The position numbers and the translations under genes were made by a program. Shown here in pieces: positions 24,401 to 40,324 of a stretch of DNA of 63,561 nucleotides (positions are counted from its first letter, which is position 1; each line of letters begins with the position of its first letter). The notes under the pieces were generated by a model. The model saw nothing but the letters and a program-made list of their open reading frames with translations, did no database searches and was not told the DNA's origin. This DNA comes from Guillardia theta CCMP2712 (taxonomy: Eukaryota; Protista; Cryptophyta). The stretch is from positions 182,355 through 245,915 of the forward strand of contig NW_005434657.1 of the NCBI RefSeq assembly GCF_000315625.1. The letters are read 5' to 3'.

Positions 24401-26580
24401 GTCGTCGTTACCTCGCGCGCTGCTTGTCTGCTCGTTGTTCCATCCTCGTCCTCTCGCTCAGGATTCACATCCCATGCAAGGTCCACATCCTCCATCCAGA
24501 TGCCTTCCCGCAGAAAATCTTCGACATCCTCCTCCTCCTCCTCCTCCTCCTCCTCCTCCTGCTTGTTCTTCCTTTGCTCATTTGACCCTCGTCCGTCCTT
24601 GCTAGTAGCAAACTCTTCGATATCAAAGAAAGTCTCGAACCTCATCAAAGCTGCTGATCCCTGCGCCCAAGTCCGGACACTCTCAGGGAAGTGGAAAATC
24701 TTCCAACAAGGTGTAAGATCGAGATCGGAGAACAGAAAACCATCAAAAACAAATTCACAATGGCAATCACGATCATCGAAATTGCTCCGACAGCCAGCAA
24801 GGTTTGCATGTCCACATGGATAAAGTGACAGCGTAGAGACTTGCCTTCCCGTGGAGGAGGGCCAGCAGGACCCAGTAGGCCGCGAGGACAGCGGGAGTGA
24901 GCGGGTTACCCGCCGCTGCCGTGTAGAGAGCGACGATAGCGAGGGATATGACATCGACAGCAGGATTCGACGACACGTTGACCTGGTCACGTCCGAAGTC
25001 ACTCTCACCGCCCTTCTCTCTCTCCTGCAAGATCACCAGAGCAATCCACCTGCCCATGTGAGCCCAAAGTTGGAGCTCGTGAAGTTTGGAGTCAATTAAT
25101 TTGCGCTCAAACCTTGTAATAGGAAACGGATGTCATGCGCTGCATTGTCTCTGATGGGATAGTCGATGGCTCACCTCGACTCCCATGCGTTAAACTTGAT
25201 CGCTTTCATTGCGCTTACACACTCGTTCACCTACACTGGAGTTAGGTTGAGACATCCATCGAAATATGTGACAAGCTGCAACAAGACAGGACATCTCCTC
25301 CTCCATCACCACCAGCACCAGCACTAACAGCATCAGCATCAACACCATCGTCCTACTTCTCTTCCTTCCTCCCCTCCACTACCATCCACATACAAAGAGC
25401 TGCTCACCAACTGCGAATGCTCCTCAGCAGCATTAGCGCGCATGACCGAAACTTTCTCTAATTTCTTGCTGGCGAGCGAGGAAAAGAAGATCGACAGCAC
25501 CACCACCGCTATCCCCCCCACCGACGCCCACTCCACGAAGATGTAGAGGGTTGCGACCAGTGAGAGGATCTCGACCGGTTGCAAGCACAGGGTCAGAACA
25601 GCGCTCCAGTAGGAGAGGATCATGTCAGAGCTGCTGCTGCACAGCTCTGCGATCTGCCGCAAGTTCACCGAGTCACATGCTGGCGGCCGTCTTGTTCACG
25701 GCGACTTACCTTGCCGACATACCCCGAGAACGCGTCCGTCAGCGGCAGACGGAGGCACTTGCGGTACGTCACACCACTGAGAGCTGCTACCGTCCACAAT
25801 CCCATCACCTGCCATGTCGCATGTCAGTTTCACGTCCTCCCATCGTACAACTCAGTCTGTCACGTTGCAGCGATCCACGAAGTACTCCTTCGCCAACGAG
25901 CTCGACACGTTGCACAGCCCCAGCAGAGCTGCAAGGAGGAACCCCTGCCACTGTGGCGGATCTTCCTGCTCCATCCACTTGAGGAGGAAGTAGGCGACGA
26001 CTGGCATCCCGATGCTAAAAATGGTGTGCATAGCATACAGGACGACCGAAACCAGGATGTCCTTCCATAGGATCTGACGCAAGATTCTCCTCATTGTGAA
26101 CCCTTGCACGTTGCGCTTCAAATGCTTCTCGAGAACATCCGCTGCGCTCCACACCTGCCGGTGAAGGCGTCATCAGGGCCGGGGAGAGGACGAGGAGATA
26201 TCCAACCTTTAAGGACGCGTCGATGTCAAACAGCCGCGACTGGAGGCTCTTCACACTGAAGGAGAAGGAGGTGTCTGTCTTGTTTGCGAGCTCCTCCATG
26301 TTTGCTCCTGGAGATTTCCCTTGCTGCAGGAGAGAGGAGCGTGATGAAACGCCGCGGACAAACAGGACGTCATCACTCACCTTGAGAAATGCGTACGCTT
26401 CCGAGAACAGGGGATCCCATTTGTATGCGGGGCCATCGTGCAGTTCAGACATTTCGGCAACAACGAGCGAGTGCTCTGGTCCTTCACCCCCTGAGAGTCC
26501 CCTGCTTGCTACAAGTTGACCTGCCCTTGAATAACTGTAAACTAGCTCGAGCAGGTGTCGTTTTGAATCGCAGCGCAAAC
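18970..26580 (-). CDS. ABCC (MRP-like) full ABC transporter, many exons
   Basis: TMD1 exons; NBD1 GKVGSGKT, WVPQNPWIFNASLRENIL, IGERGVNLSGGQK, LLDDPL; TMD2; NBD2 GIVGRTGAGKSS, QDPIIFSGSLRKNLDP, NLSHGQRQLICIARALL, LDEATSSLD, VAHRL. Ends are approximate. Confidence 0.93.
21362..21510. repeat. (TCG/TCA)n trinucleotide microsatellite in an ABCC intron
   Basis: Direct reading of the sequence. Confidence 0.9.
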
Positions 26581-26984
26581 TGGGGCTGGGATACAGATTT
26601 CAGCTCTCAGCTCCTTGTACCTTGTGCGAAGAGAGCAGATTATTTTCTCATGGTGTTCACTCCCATCCCTTCAACTTCGCCATCTCCATCATCTCCGTCC
26701 ACATCGCCTCCGATCTTTATGCCATGCCACAAAGCACAGCATTGGATTGTGCAAATTATGCAGAATTATGGGAGAATAATCATAATTATAAACTCACGAT
26801 AGGTAATCTGTATAATTATGTATTTCCACTTCACATACAAGCAAAATCATAATCCCACAAAAATCGCTGGTTCCCTTCAGGAGGGGTACTAAATCCAGGA
26901 ATAATGGTGGGTGGGGGTACTGAAAGTTTGAGAGGGAGAAGTTTGGAGGTTCCTCCAAACTTTCCAAAGTTCCTTGCTGGCGCC

Positions 26985-28569
26985 ATGGCGGCTGGGGGGA
27001 AGCGAGGAGGAATGAAGCGGCTGCGGCAGGTGAGGGGGTGAAGGAGCAGAGGAGATGAAGGAGCAGAGGAGATGAAGGAGCAGAGGAGATGAAGGAGTAG
27101 AGGAGATGAAGGAGCAGAGGAGAGAGGCAAGGATACAGCAGTAGACACGAGCAGTGATGTAGGGAGAAGATGATGAAGGAGCTGGGATCATAGTTGAGAG
27201 CTCTTACCACAGCTGACATGCTCGTTGAAAGGAGCTTGAAAGGTTTCACAAGGAACCTCCAGACTATATCCAGGTGCAACGTACATGCTGTCTACACACA
27301 CACACACACCCTGCTGACTCTCAGAGGCCCAACCAGGTCGCAGTGAACGAGAAGAACATCTTCGAATGGCACTACCTGCTGGAGGGACCAAAAGAGACTC
27401 CCTACGACGGGGGTTGGTACCATGGGAAACTGATCTTCCCTCCGGAGTACCCCTTCGCTCCTCCTGGGTGAGCTGAAGACTTTGAGACAGTGGGGATTCG
27501 AAGGAGAAAGTTGGGGTGGTGGTTGGTGGGCCGGGTGGGTGAGGAGGAGGCAGAAGGGGTAGGGAGTGGGGAAGGAAAGAGAGTGGGATCTGATTCTTCA
27601 TCACAGTATAATGATGCATACCCCCAGCGGGAGGTTCGAGACGAACATGAGACTCTGTCTGTCAATGAGTGACTACCATCCTGAGTCATGGCAGCCATCG
27701 TGGTCCGTTGCCACGGTGCTCCAGGGGCTCCTATCGTTCATGACTGGAAAGGAGATGACAACAGGCAGGTTGGAGCGAAGTGGGAGAGGGAGGTGACGGA
27801 GGTTGCAGGAGCGATCGAAACTTCTGATGAGGAGAAGAAAGCGCTGGCTCTTCGGTCTATGGAGCATAACCTCCGGAACCCTGTTTTCATACGCATGTTT
27901 CCTGATGCAGAGGAGCGGGCAAAGGCGAGGAAACTGGGGATCGCGCTTCCTGCCAAGGGCTCAGCTACTCTTGCGACCGATGAGGACAACGAAGAGGAAG
28001 GGGGAGGATCGGATGAGACGACAAGAAAGGACGAGGGGGGGGAGCAAGTGGAAAAGCGTGCATCCGAGGAGACGGGAAGCAGTTTGGACTGTGATGGGGA
28101 GATCCACAATTCGATCGAGAAGATGCAAATCAAGCAAGAGGTTAGCGCGAGGAATGTGCAGGACGAGCAGGGAGGAGCAGGAGAGAAGAAGACGGTGAGT
28201 TGCTGTGTCGAAGGAACTCGCAGCACCTACCTGCTGAGCCTTTGATCGCAGGAGACATCTGAAGACGGGGAAGGCGAGGTGCTGTGCGGGGGGATCGAGA
28301 AAGGAGCGACTGTTTTCATCACCGGGCTGGTGAAGCAAGCTCATCTCAACGGCATCCGGTGAGAGGCAAGGGAACTCGCGAGAGCGTTGAAGTGACATGG
28401 CCGGATGCGGCAGGTGCAGGGTGGAAGGCGGAGGAAGCGGAGGGCGGCTGCGAGTGAGGATGATGGAGTGAGATGGGGAGCGGTGTGACTACCACGATGC
28501 TCCTGACTGATGTGAAGGCCTCCGGGGAAGGAGATTCTGCTGAACTTGACGAACATCGAGGTGGAGTGA
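26985..28569 (+). CDS. UBE2J2: Ubiquitin-conjugating enzyme E2, Ubc6/UBE2J type, with a C-terminal extension
   Basis: [15 protein letters not shown]|[14 protein letters not shown]|..[38 protein letters not shown]|[45 protein letters not shown]. Confidence 0.9.
27040..27123. repeat. 17-bp tandem repeat (GAAGGAGCAGAGGAGAT) x~5 in the first E2 intron
   Basis: Direct reading of the sequence. Confidence 0.85.
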
Positions 28570-28655
28570 AGAGACGCTTGACAGACAAGGAGAGGACGGA
28601 GCTCGAGCGTGCTGTAAAATTCTCATCTTGCACGATCGACCTAGATACATTATCT

Positions 28656-33522
<4,867 letters not shown>

Positions 33523-33645
33523 GTTACCCTGTTTCCCCGAAAGGAGGCCCACCTCCCCGCTCAGCACTGGTGGTTACGTGTGGGGATGTGGACAAGATAA
33601 CAAATTGACTAAACGTTTAGTGCGGGGGCTGTTACAAGGCGCCGC

Positions 33646-35410
33646 ATGGGGGGAGCGAAGCGGCTGCGGGGTAGGGGGAGCGGGAGAGAGGCTGCGGATC
33701 GGAGAATGGTCATGCTGCTGGCTGGGTTCATCGGGCTAGCTGCTGCCAGAAGCCCAAGCCATGATCCGACTCTGTCTGGAGTTTTCGGGTGAGTGAAGTT
33801 TTGATGGCGGCCTGCTGGTGCCAGTATGAAACCAGGCTGTTTTGGTTGTGTTTGCTTGTACATGTGTCTCATCACTCTCATGTTTCATTTCTCTCGTTCC
33901 TGCATTATTTGATATAGAGATTTTGTACCTCGTCGTGACTCGAATGCTCGATGAACGCTGCGAACGCTACTATTTGGCATCAAGTTGTGCTACCTCGAAC
34001 GGCTTGCTTTACGTTCGAACCTCGCTGACTTCAACCGATAGAACGGAGTCTTCTGGTTTCGTTACCTCCCCACTACCTAGACCTTTTGCTGGCCTCGAGC
34101 GCATAGGAAAAGGCGCCTCGAACGTCTGTAGGTACGCAGGTTGCTTTTGACATCTTGGCAGGGTCCTTAACCACTCGTGCAGGAAAGGTCATGGTGCTTT
34201 GCCGTGCAGAACATCGACAAGGAGCTGGAGCAGCAAGCATGATAGGGGCCGGCAGTTGAGTCCCAGTGCTTTTCTGCACCACGGTACAACTAGTGGTAAT
34301 CAAAAGCGCCAACAACGCGCGAGGGCTCTTTCCGTTCGCAAGACAGCCAACACAGTAATGAACAGCAAATTAAGCCCAGGAGAAATTGTAGAATCACTTC
34401 ATTCTCTGTGAATTTGTATGATTCTTGTGCAGGTGCAAGAAGACATTGCATGGGAAAGCCCATACGGAGTGTTGACCGTATACGAACGAAGAATTCGCAT
34501 GCAAGACGACGATGGGGGAGGAGGGGGCCCGGACGGAAACGGCGGAGGGGGCGGTGGAGGAAACTCTGACGATTATCCCCCACTCGTTGGAGGATTGAAG
34601 AAGGTGGGAAGCCTACTTACAACTTTTGCACGGAGCTGACATGTTCGAAACAGGAGGGCAAAGTTGTCAGGTGGCATGTGGTTGGATCTCCCTTGGGGAA
34701 TTTTAGCAGCGTTGTTGTGTTTCCATTTGATTCACGAACGAAGACTTGCTGGCTCATCAGGGAGGTATGTTCATGAATGTTCTTTCGTGAATCGAAATTC
34801 ACATTGCTGCCCTGTACGCTTTCTTGGAAACTTCAGTACTGCCCTGGAACGCATTCGGTGACTTTTCACTTGTCCCATGAAGGCTTGTTCACAAAAGCCA
34901 TTGCAGATACAAAGTGGGGTGCCTGGAGGACTGTTCGAAGAGAAAAAGCATAAGGACCTGCTGCAAGCTGTAACGACATGAAGTTCTTTGCTGTCGAAGT
35001 TTGATATTTTCACAGGCTCGAGATGAACTGAATGAGGAAGCCGGCTTGATGGGCGGAACCTGGATTGCTCTTGCTCCGGAAGGTCTGAAAATTTGTATGC
35101 TGCACCGTGTTGCTCATCTTAAAATGTGGACACTAGGGATACCACAGGACAAGTACTCGCGTAATCGTTTACACCCTTACCTTGTCATCGACTGCATGCG
35201 GGACCCAAATCCAAAACCTAAGGTATCTTTCAAGATTCTAAGAAGGAGAATGATTTGCTTGGACAGGATGATGATGAGATCATCGAAGTGGAGCAAGGAG
35301 TAGCCCTGGAAGAAGCCAGGAGGAGAGTGCTTGAAGGCGATATGCCTGCACCTGCAGCTATGGTGACTCTCCTAGCGATCGACAAACTTCGACAGCTAGG
35401 ACATATTTGA
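33646..35410 (+). CDS. Nudix hydrolase with a probable signal or bipartite targeting presequence
   Basis: Spliced Nudix box PGGLFEEKKHKDLLQA|ARDELNEEAGL; C-terminal DDDEIIEV..LEEARRRVLEGDM; hydrophobic N-terminal MVMLLAGFIGLAAA. Confidence 0.75.
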
Positions 35411-35633
35411 AGTTCCCCTGCTGCATTGCGCTGGAAACTTAGAACTTGTGTGAATATTTCAAACTAAGGATTTGTACGTTGGATGTAAATTGTGAACAGC
35501 AGTCAAACTATTCACGCGCTTGAAGGAATTCCATGTTGAGCAGTCTAGTTAGGGATCTTTGGATCTACATGCTTTCAATTGTTCGTTTGCATCTCAAACG
35601 GCTACTGGTCACTCGCTCCTTCGTCTATTTCAT

Positions 35634-35985
35634 TCATGCGCTGGCCACTTGCTGATCGTCGGCTGGAGCAGCGACCTCTACGGCGGCATCCAACGGCTTG
35701 TTGATAGTACAGAAATCATCGAGCTTGCCCGCTGGAAACCACCATCCGTCAACGTTGACACCGAGGTCCTACATGAGACGAGTCAGCAGGAGGAGGGTGC
35801 AATTTTTGACAAGTTGCGTACCTTCAGCTTGCCGTGTGTATCAGCCTGGTCAGCCTGATTGCATGTAGAGAGCACTTGCACGACCTGTCTCACATGCATG
35901 TCAGATGACGACGTGATGCCTCCATCGCTCAGAGGATCAGCGGAGGTTTCAGACTCTCACTCACCCTTCTCACGTCCGCGAACAT
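35634..35985 (-). CDS. Small three-exon hypothetical protein (~72 aa), not in the ORF track
   Basis: MFADVRR|VVQVLSTCNQADQADTHGKLK|DLGVNVDGWWFPAGKLDDFCTINKPLDAAVEVAAPADDQQVASA*. Donors GTGAGT and GTACGC with CTGAC branch points; frame is preserved. Confidence 0.6.
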
Positions 35986-36326
35986 GACAACGTCTCCTGT
36001 CTGGCTCGCCGCTTTTGGCAACACGGTTGGCCGTTACAAACAATGACTTCACGACGGTTACAGACCCGGGCCGCCGCCGCCCCTACTGCTCTTGGTGAAC
36101 TGAGCCTACTAGTGGATTGCGCTGCCTTATCCTTTCTCCGGTTGATTGGCTGAGGCGGATTCGTTTTGGGTATCTCTCTCCTTTTTCGCCAGTCCAATTC
36201 TTTTTTATAGTTTGAACTATAAACCTGACAGAAAACAAATGTGTAGTACATTGTGAATCGGGTGAATCCTACCTAGATCCCATAGCTCTAGCTATATAAT
36301 TCTCAACAAATTATCTTGTTGCTGCT

Positions 36327-38366
36327 ATGGCCAAGAGAGTTCGAGAGCTGGAGGAGGAGACGAGTTCAGCTGTAGAGCAAGAGGCTAGGGGGGTACAAAC
36401 AAAAGTCATCCAAACAGACCAAGCCATCACTGCTGCAGAGCAAGAGATCAAGGGAGTAGTGGAAAAGATCAAGGGAGTAGAGGAAAAGATCAATGGAGTC
36501 GAGGACGAGATCAAGGGAGTAGTGGAAAAGATCAATGGAGTCGAGGACGAGATCAAGGGAGTAGACCAAACCATGGCTGCTGTAGAGCAAGAGATCAGCC
36601 AGGCACAAGACCCCAATATGAAGCCTGTCTTGATCATGAAGCAAACGAAGCTTGCAGGTGAAAAGCAACAGCTTGCGGCCAGAGAGAAACGGCTTGGAGT
36701 TAGAGAGAGACAGCTTAGAGTTAGAGAGAGGCAGCTTCGAGATGACAAGGCAAAGCTTCAAGATAAAGAGGCAAAGCTTCGAGAGGAAATGAAGGAAAAG
36801 AAGCAGGCAGCCTTTACCTGGACAGAGTCAGAAGCTCGGCTTGACGGTATGGGGTTTTGCAAGGAGGAGAAATACTTCCGTCTAGATTGCTCTTACTTAT
36901 GGGGCACAAATGTAAACAGCGGAGAGCATCTTCTTCTCTACTGCCGAAAAGCATTCCTGGAGCAGTTCCGTTTCCTGCAAGAGCAAGTGCTAGAGCAAGG
37001 TGCTCTTGGATGGATACAAGGCTCTCCAGGAACAGGGAAGACAACAACAACGCTTTCGTTTTGTATGAAGCTGGATAGGAATGAGTGGAGCTTCAAATGC
37101 ATCAGGCTGAAGGCCAGAAGCAACACCTGTGTCGTGGAGGTGACAGGCAACAAGAGAAGAACATGCTCTGTCGCAAAGGAGTCTGAGGGGAAGCAGATGA
37201 CACTGTTGCTTGAAGGGTTGTCCGACGGCAAAAAGAGCCTCCTGGTGCTCGATGGCTACTTGACACACCAAGAATCTCACACGAGAGCTTTGGTAGCATG
37301 TATAGGATGGCGGGATGCTGACAGGCAGAATCGACGTCTTATAGTGGTGACGTCAATGGCTTCTCGAGGAAAGGTCTACGATGAAGAGGATCGAGAGATG
37401 GGGCTGAAGGTTCACATAGTGCCATCATGGAGGATCGATGAATATCTAGAGGCAGTGCAGTTTGACGAGTTTTACAACAAGGTGGGAGCCACCTTGGAGA
37501 TGAATGTGACAGGAGAGGCTTTGGGTTTCAAGATGACTACAGGGCCGAAATCGAAAGAAGAGCGAGTGAGACATAAGCATTACCTCGCAGGTGGGTCATG
37601 TCGGTACATGTTCGACATGACTGCGGCGGATGTCCTTCGGTCCTTGGATGTTGCGCTTCAAAGTGCTCCAAACTTACAAGATCTTTTTCGGGGCCATGTA
37701 GGCGCTTCCTCGGGGGATATGACGAACAGGCTGATTGCTACTATGGTAACTCAGGAGAAGGTGGTCTGGTTTCCTGTGAGCAAGTACGTAGCCAGCAATC
37801 TTGCGGCGTCCGTGGGTGCGGTTGACATACTGAGAAGAATGCTGACGGCCTTTAGGGGCCCGCGAGCCATGCATGGGTATCTTTTGGAGATGCTCTTTTT
37901 TGAGGAAGTGAGACGAGACCTGAGCATCACTTACCGTGGATCAAGCGAGCCTGAAGTTTTGAAAGCATGCAATCTCGTTGTAATCTTCGATCCGTCACAA
38001 GACACGGACTCTCTTCCCCACACGAGGGTGTGTCTCAAGCCAATCAGTGAATTTCAAGGTGGCTGGGACGCAATCATTGTAGATCAGGATGACAAGGTCG
38101 TGCAGTTTTTTCAGCTGACGGTTGCAAAGGATCACTCTCTCAAGCTCTCGTATTTCTTGACTGCTCTTGAGGCTCTGGGGGTTCCTGCAGGTGGGACATG
38201 GACGATAAGGATCGTTTTTGTCGTCCCGCCGGAGGATGGAATGTTGTTCCGAATAGCCTCTGTCAAGGATGAAGGAGCGCTAGAGCAGTACATGTGGAAG
38301 AAAGGGGAGGAGAGGTCGATGGTCCAGGTGGCGAGTATTGATTTCAATCGAGGGTTCGTTGGTTAG
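36327..38366 (+). CDS. Crinkler/RHS-type (CR) protein copy 1: coiled-coil header + P-loop NTPase + PD-(D/E)xK-like nuclease
   Basis: Intronless 679 aa. Walker A GSPGTGKT, Walker B LLVLDG, RRLIVVTS, AGGSCRYMF, GYLLEMLF, KPISEFQGGWDAIIV..FFQLTVAKDHSLK. Confidence 0.85.
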   Translation: MAKRVRELEEETSSAVEQEARGVQTKVIQTDQAITAAEQEIKGVVEKIKGVEEKINGVEDEIKGVVEKINGVEDEIKGVDQTMAAVEQEISQAQDPNMKPVLIMKQTKLAGEKQQLAAREKRLGVRERQLRVRERQLRDDKAKLQDKEAKLREEMKEKKQAAFTWTESEARLDGMGFCKEEKYFRLDCSYLWGTNVNSGEHLLLYCRKAFLEQFRFLQEQVLEQGALGWIQGSPGTGKTTTTLSFCMKLDRNEWSFKCIRLKARSNTCVVEVTGNKRRTCSVAKESEGKQMTLLLEGLSDGKKSLLVLDGYLTHQESHTRALVACIGWRDADRQNRRLIVVTSMASRGKVYDEEDREMGLKVHIVPSWRIDEYLEAVQFDEFYNKVGATLEMNVTGEALGFKMTTGPKSKEERVRHKHYLAGGSCRYMFDMTAADVLRSLDVALQSAPNLQDLFRGHVGASSGDMTNRLIATMVTQEKVVWFPVSKYVASNLAASVGAVDILRRMLTAFRGPRAMHGYLLEMLFFEEVRRDLSITYRGSSEPEVLKACNLVVIFDPSQDTDSLPHTRVCLKPISEFQGGWDAIIVDQDDKVVQFFQLTVAKDHSLKLSYFLTALEALGVPAGGTWTIRIVFVVPPEDGMLFRIASVKDEGALEQYMWKKGEERSMVQVASIDFNRGFVG

Positions 38367-39107
38367 TGAAGGGTGGCGAATGAAGATGCCAGGAACTGCT
38401 CAGATGGCTGAAGATGTGAAGGAAGTAGACCACTCATAGCATGCGCTGAGGCTGAGCCGTCATGCTCACGTACAAGGGGGGATGTGGATAATTTTACTCA
38501 CAAAACTAATATACAATCCATATTCACTCATGATTCATTTGTTTGGGTAGTACAGGTCATCACTGAAAACCATAACTTGACAGTAAAATGCGATCGCATC
38601 ACCAGCCTCGCCTCTGCTCTTCCTCTGGGTGATGGAGGCAGTGCAGGCGCGGCTGGGGCCTCTGAGTCTTCCGAAGGAGGGGCTGCAGGGGGCTCTGAGT
38701 CTTCCGAAGGAGGGGCTGCAGGGGGAACTGACTCCAAGGCTGACTCGCTGACTCGGGTGGGTAGAGATCTACTGCGTAGCTGCAGTGAGCCCGGGAAGAG
38801 CTTCCTGAGCCGGGGATAACTGCGCCCTGGTCAAGGGAAACTCTGCATGAACCGCCCTATGACTGAAGGCTTGGGGGGGATACAGGGAGGTCCGCCCGCG
38901 AGTTGAAAGAGAGCAGGCGATACGATCTCGCTGCTCAGACGTGCGCTATCAGCTCGCCGAGGTCCATATACTCCACGATCAACCCGGGCCTGATGCACCC
39001 GCAGCAAGGAAGCTGGTAGGGGAGGAAGGACCAGATCCGGCTCGTCCGCTTGACGGAGGGTCAGAGGAGGGTCGAGAATGTCCAGGTCTGCACACAGATC
39101 TTCAGTG

Positions 39108-39460
39108 GGGTCGATCGGCTCCTGAGCATGCATCCCGTACTCTCCCGAGGGGTCGAGCGGCTCCGGAGCATGCATCCCGTGCTCTCAGCACGCCTCCGCT
39201 CCCTCCAGCAGCACTCTGAAGACAAACTGCACCTGCAACGCCGGGTATACGGGGCCGGACGGAGGGAGCTGTACGGCATGCGCGGCAGGCAAGTACAAGA
39301 GCTCGAGCGGGCCAGCAGCCTGCAGCTCGTGCGACGCGATCATTGCTCACATGACTTCTCCCGTGGGGTCGACTAGCTCAGAAAACTGTATCTGCGGTGC
39401 TGGGTTTGAATATGTACGCGCACAGAAGGCAGTATGCGACCTCTCCTCCTCGTCGTCCGT
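39108..39460 (+). pseudogene. Cys-rich GCC2/GCC3 (ephrin-receptor-like) repeat gene fragment, copy 1
   Basis: CIPCSQHASAPSSSTLKTNCTCNAGYTGPDGGSCTACAAGKYKSSSGPAACSSC..TSPVGSTSSENCICGAGF, flanked by stops with no start. Confidence 0.75.
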
Positions 39461-40324
39461 GGTCACCTAAAGCCCGATGAGCTTCTGGGTTCACGTCATG
39501 CATACCGACTTCTCAAGCTCCTACGCCTACTTCCAAGTCGATGTGGAGCTCAGTGCAATCATGTACGTACCCTGGATGATCTCGATTGTGTGCGAAGGAA
39601 GTTTCATGTTGGCCAAACGGTGAAAGATGAACCGGGAAGTGAAATCACTGAATAAATCACCGCTGCTCCTTTTTCAATCACAAATTTTGAAAACTTGACT
39701 AAATTGTTCTTCTTCACTCAACGACTGCAATGTCTGCCAGGTCCTGGTCGTAGATATCTACCAATCCCCGGACTTTCGGAACACCGTTCAAGAAATTTGA
39801 CTCTTCTTTCATCATTTGTCTTATCAAGTTGAAAGGAAGCTGCTTGTCACCTTTGAAATAAAATCACTCAAACAGCAGTCTGTTCATAGCCTTCATCTCG
39901 CTCTCTCTGACTCACAGAGCAGACGCTCTTGTTGGCGGCACTGCACCAGCATTTGCGATCAAGCAATGCTCGCTCCTGACAAGGCACTCGTCTCACTGAG
40001 AACTCAAAGTTAGGCTGAGCAGCCGGTCTTCTACAGGCCCGGGGTCACGGAGGTTCGGTGGCACCGGGCCGAATTGACTGAGTGAAATCGACAGATGAAG
40101 ATCTCTTGGGAATGCTTGCAATGTGAGAACAGTGGTGAGGGGATGCGGCAGGGATGCGAGAGATGCGGGAGAGGGAGAGATGGACGAGGGAGGATGGGAC
40201 CGTGGGAGTGACAGAGGGAGGGAGGCAGACGAGATTCATATGGGGTCATGGTGAAGTATTCAACCATTTCATCTTTGGACCACTATCCAACCATCTATGT
40301 CTCACCAGAACTGATGCTGCCTCA

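Noticed and set aside
36311-36761. Minus-strand hydrophobic repeat ORFs over the CR header (and in copies 2 and 3)
   Set aside because: Antisense of the 21-bp heptad repeats, which lack stops by composition
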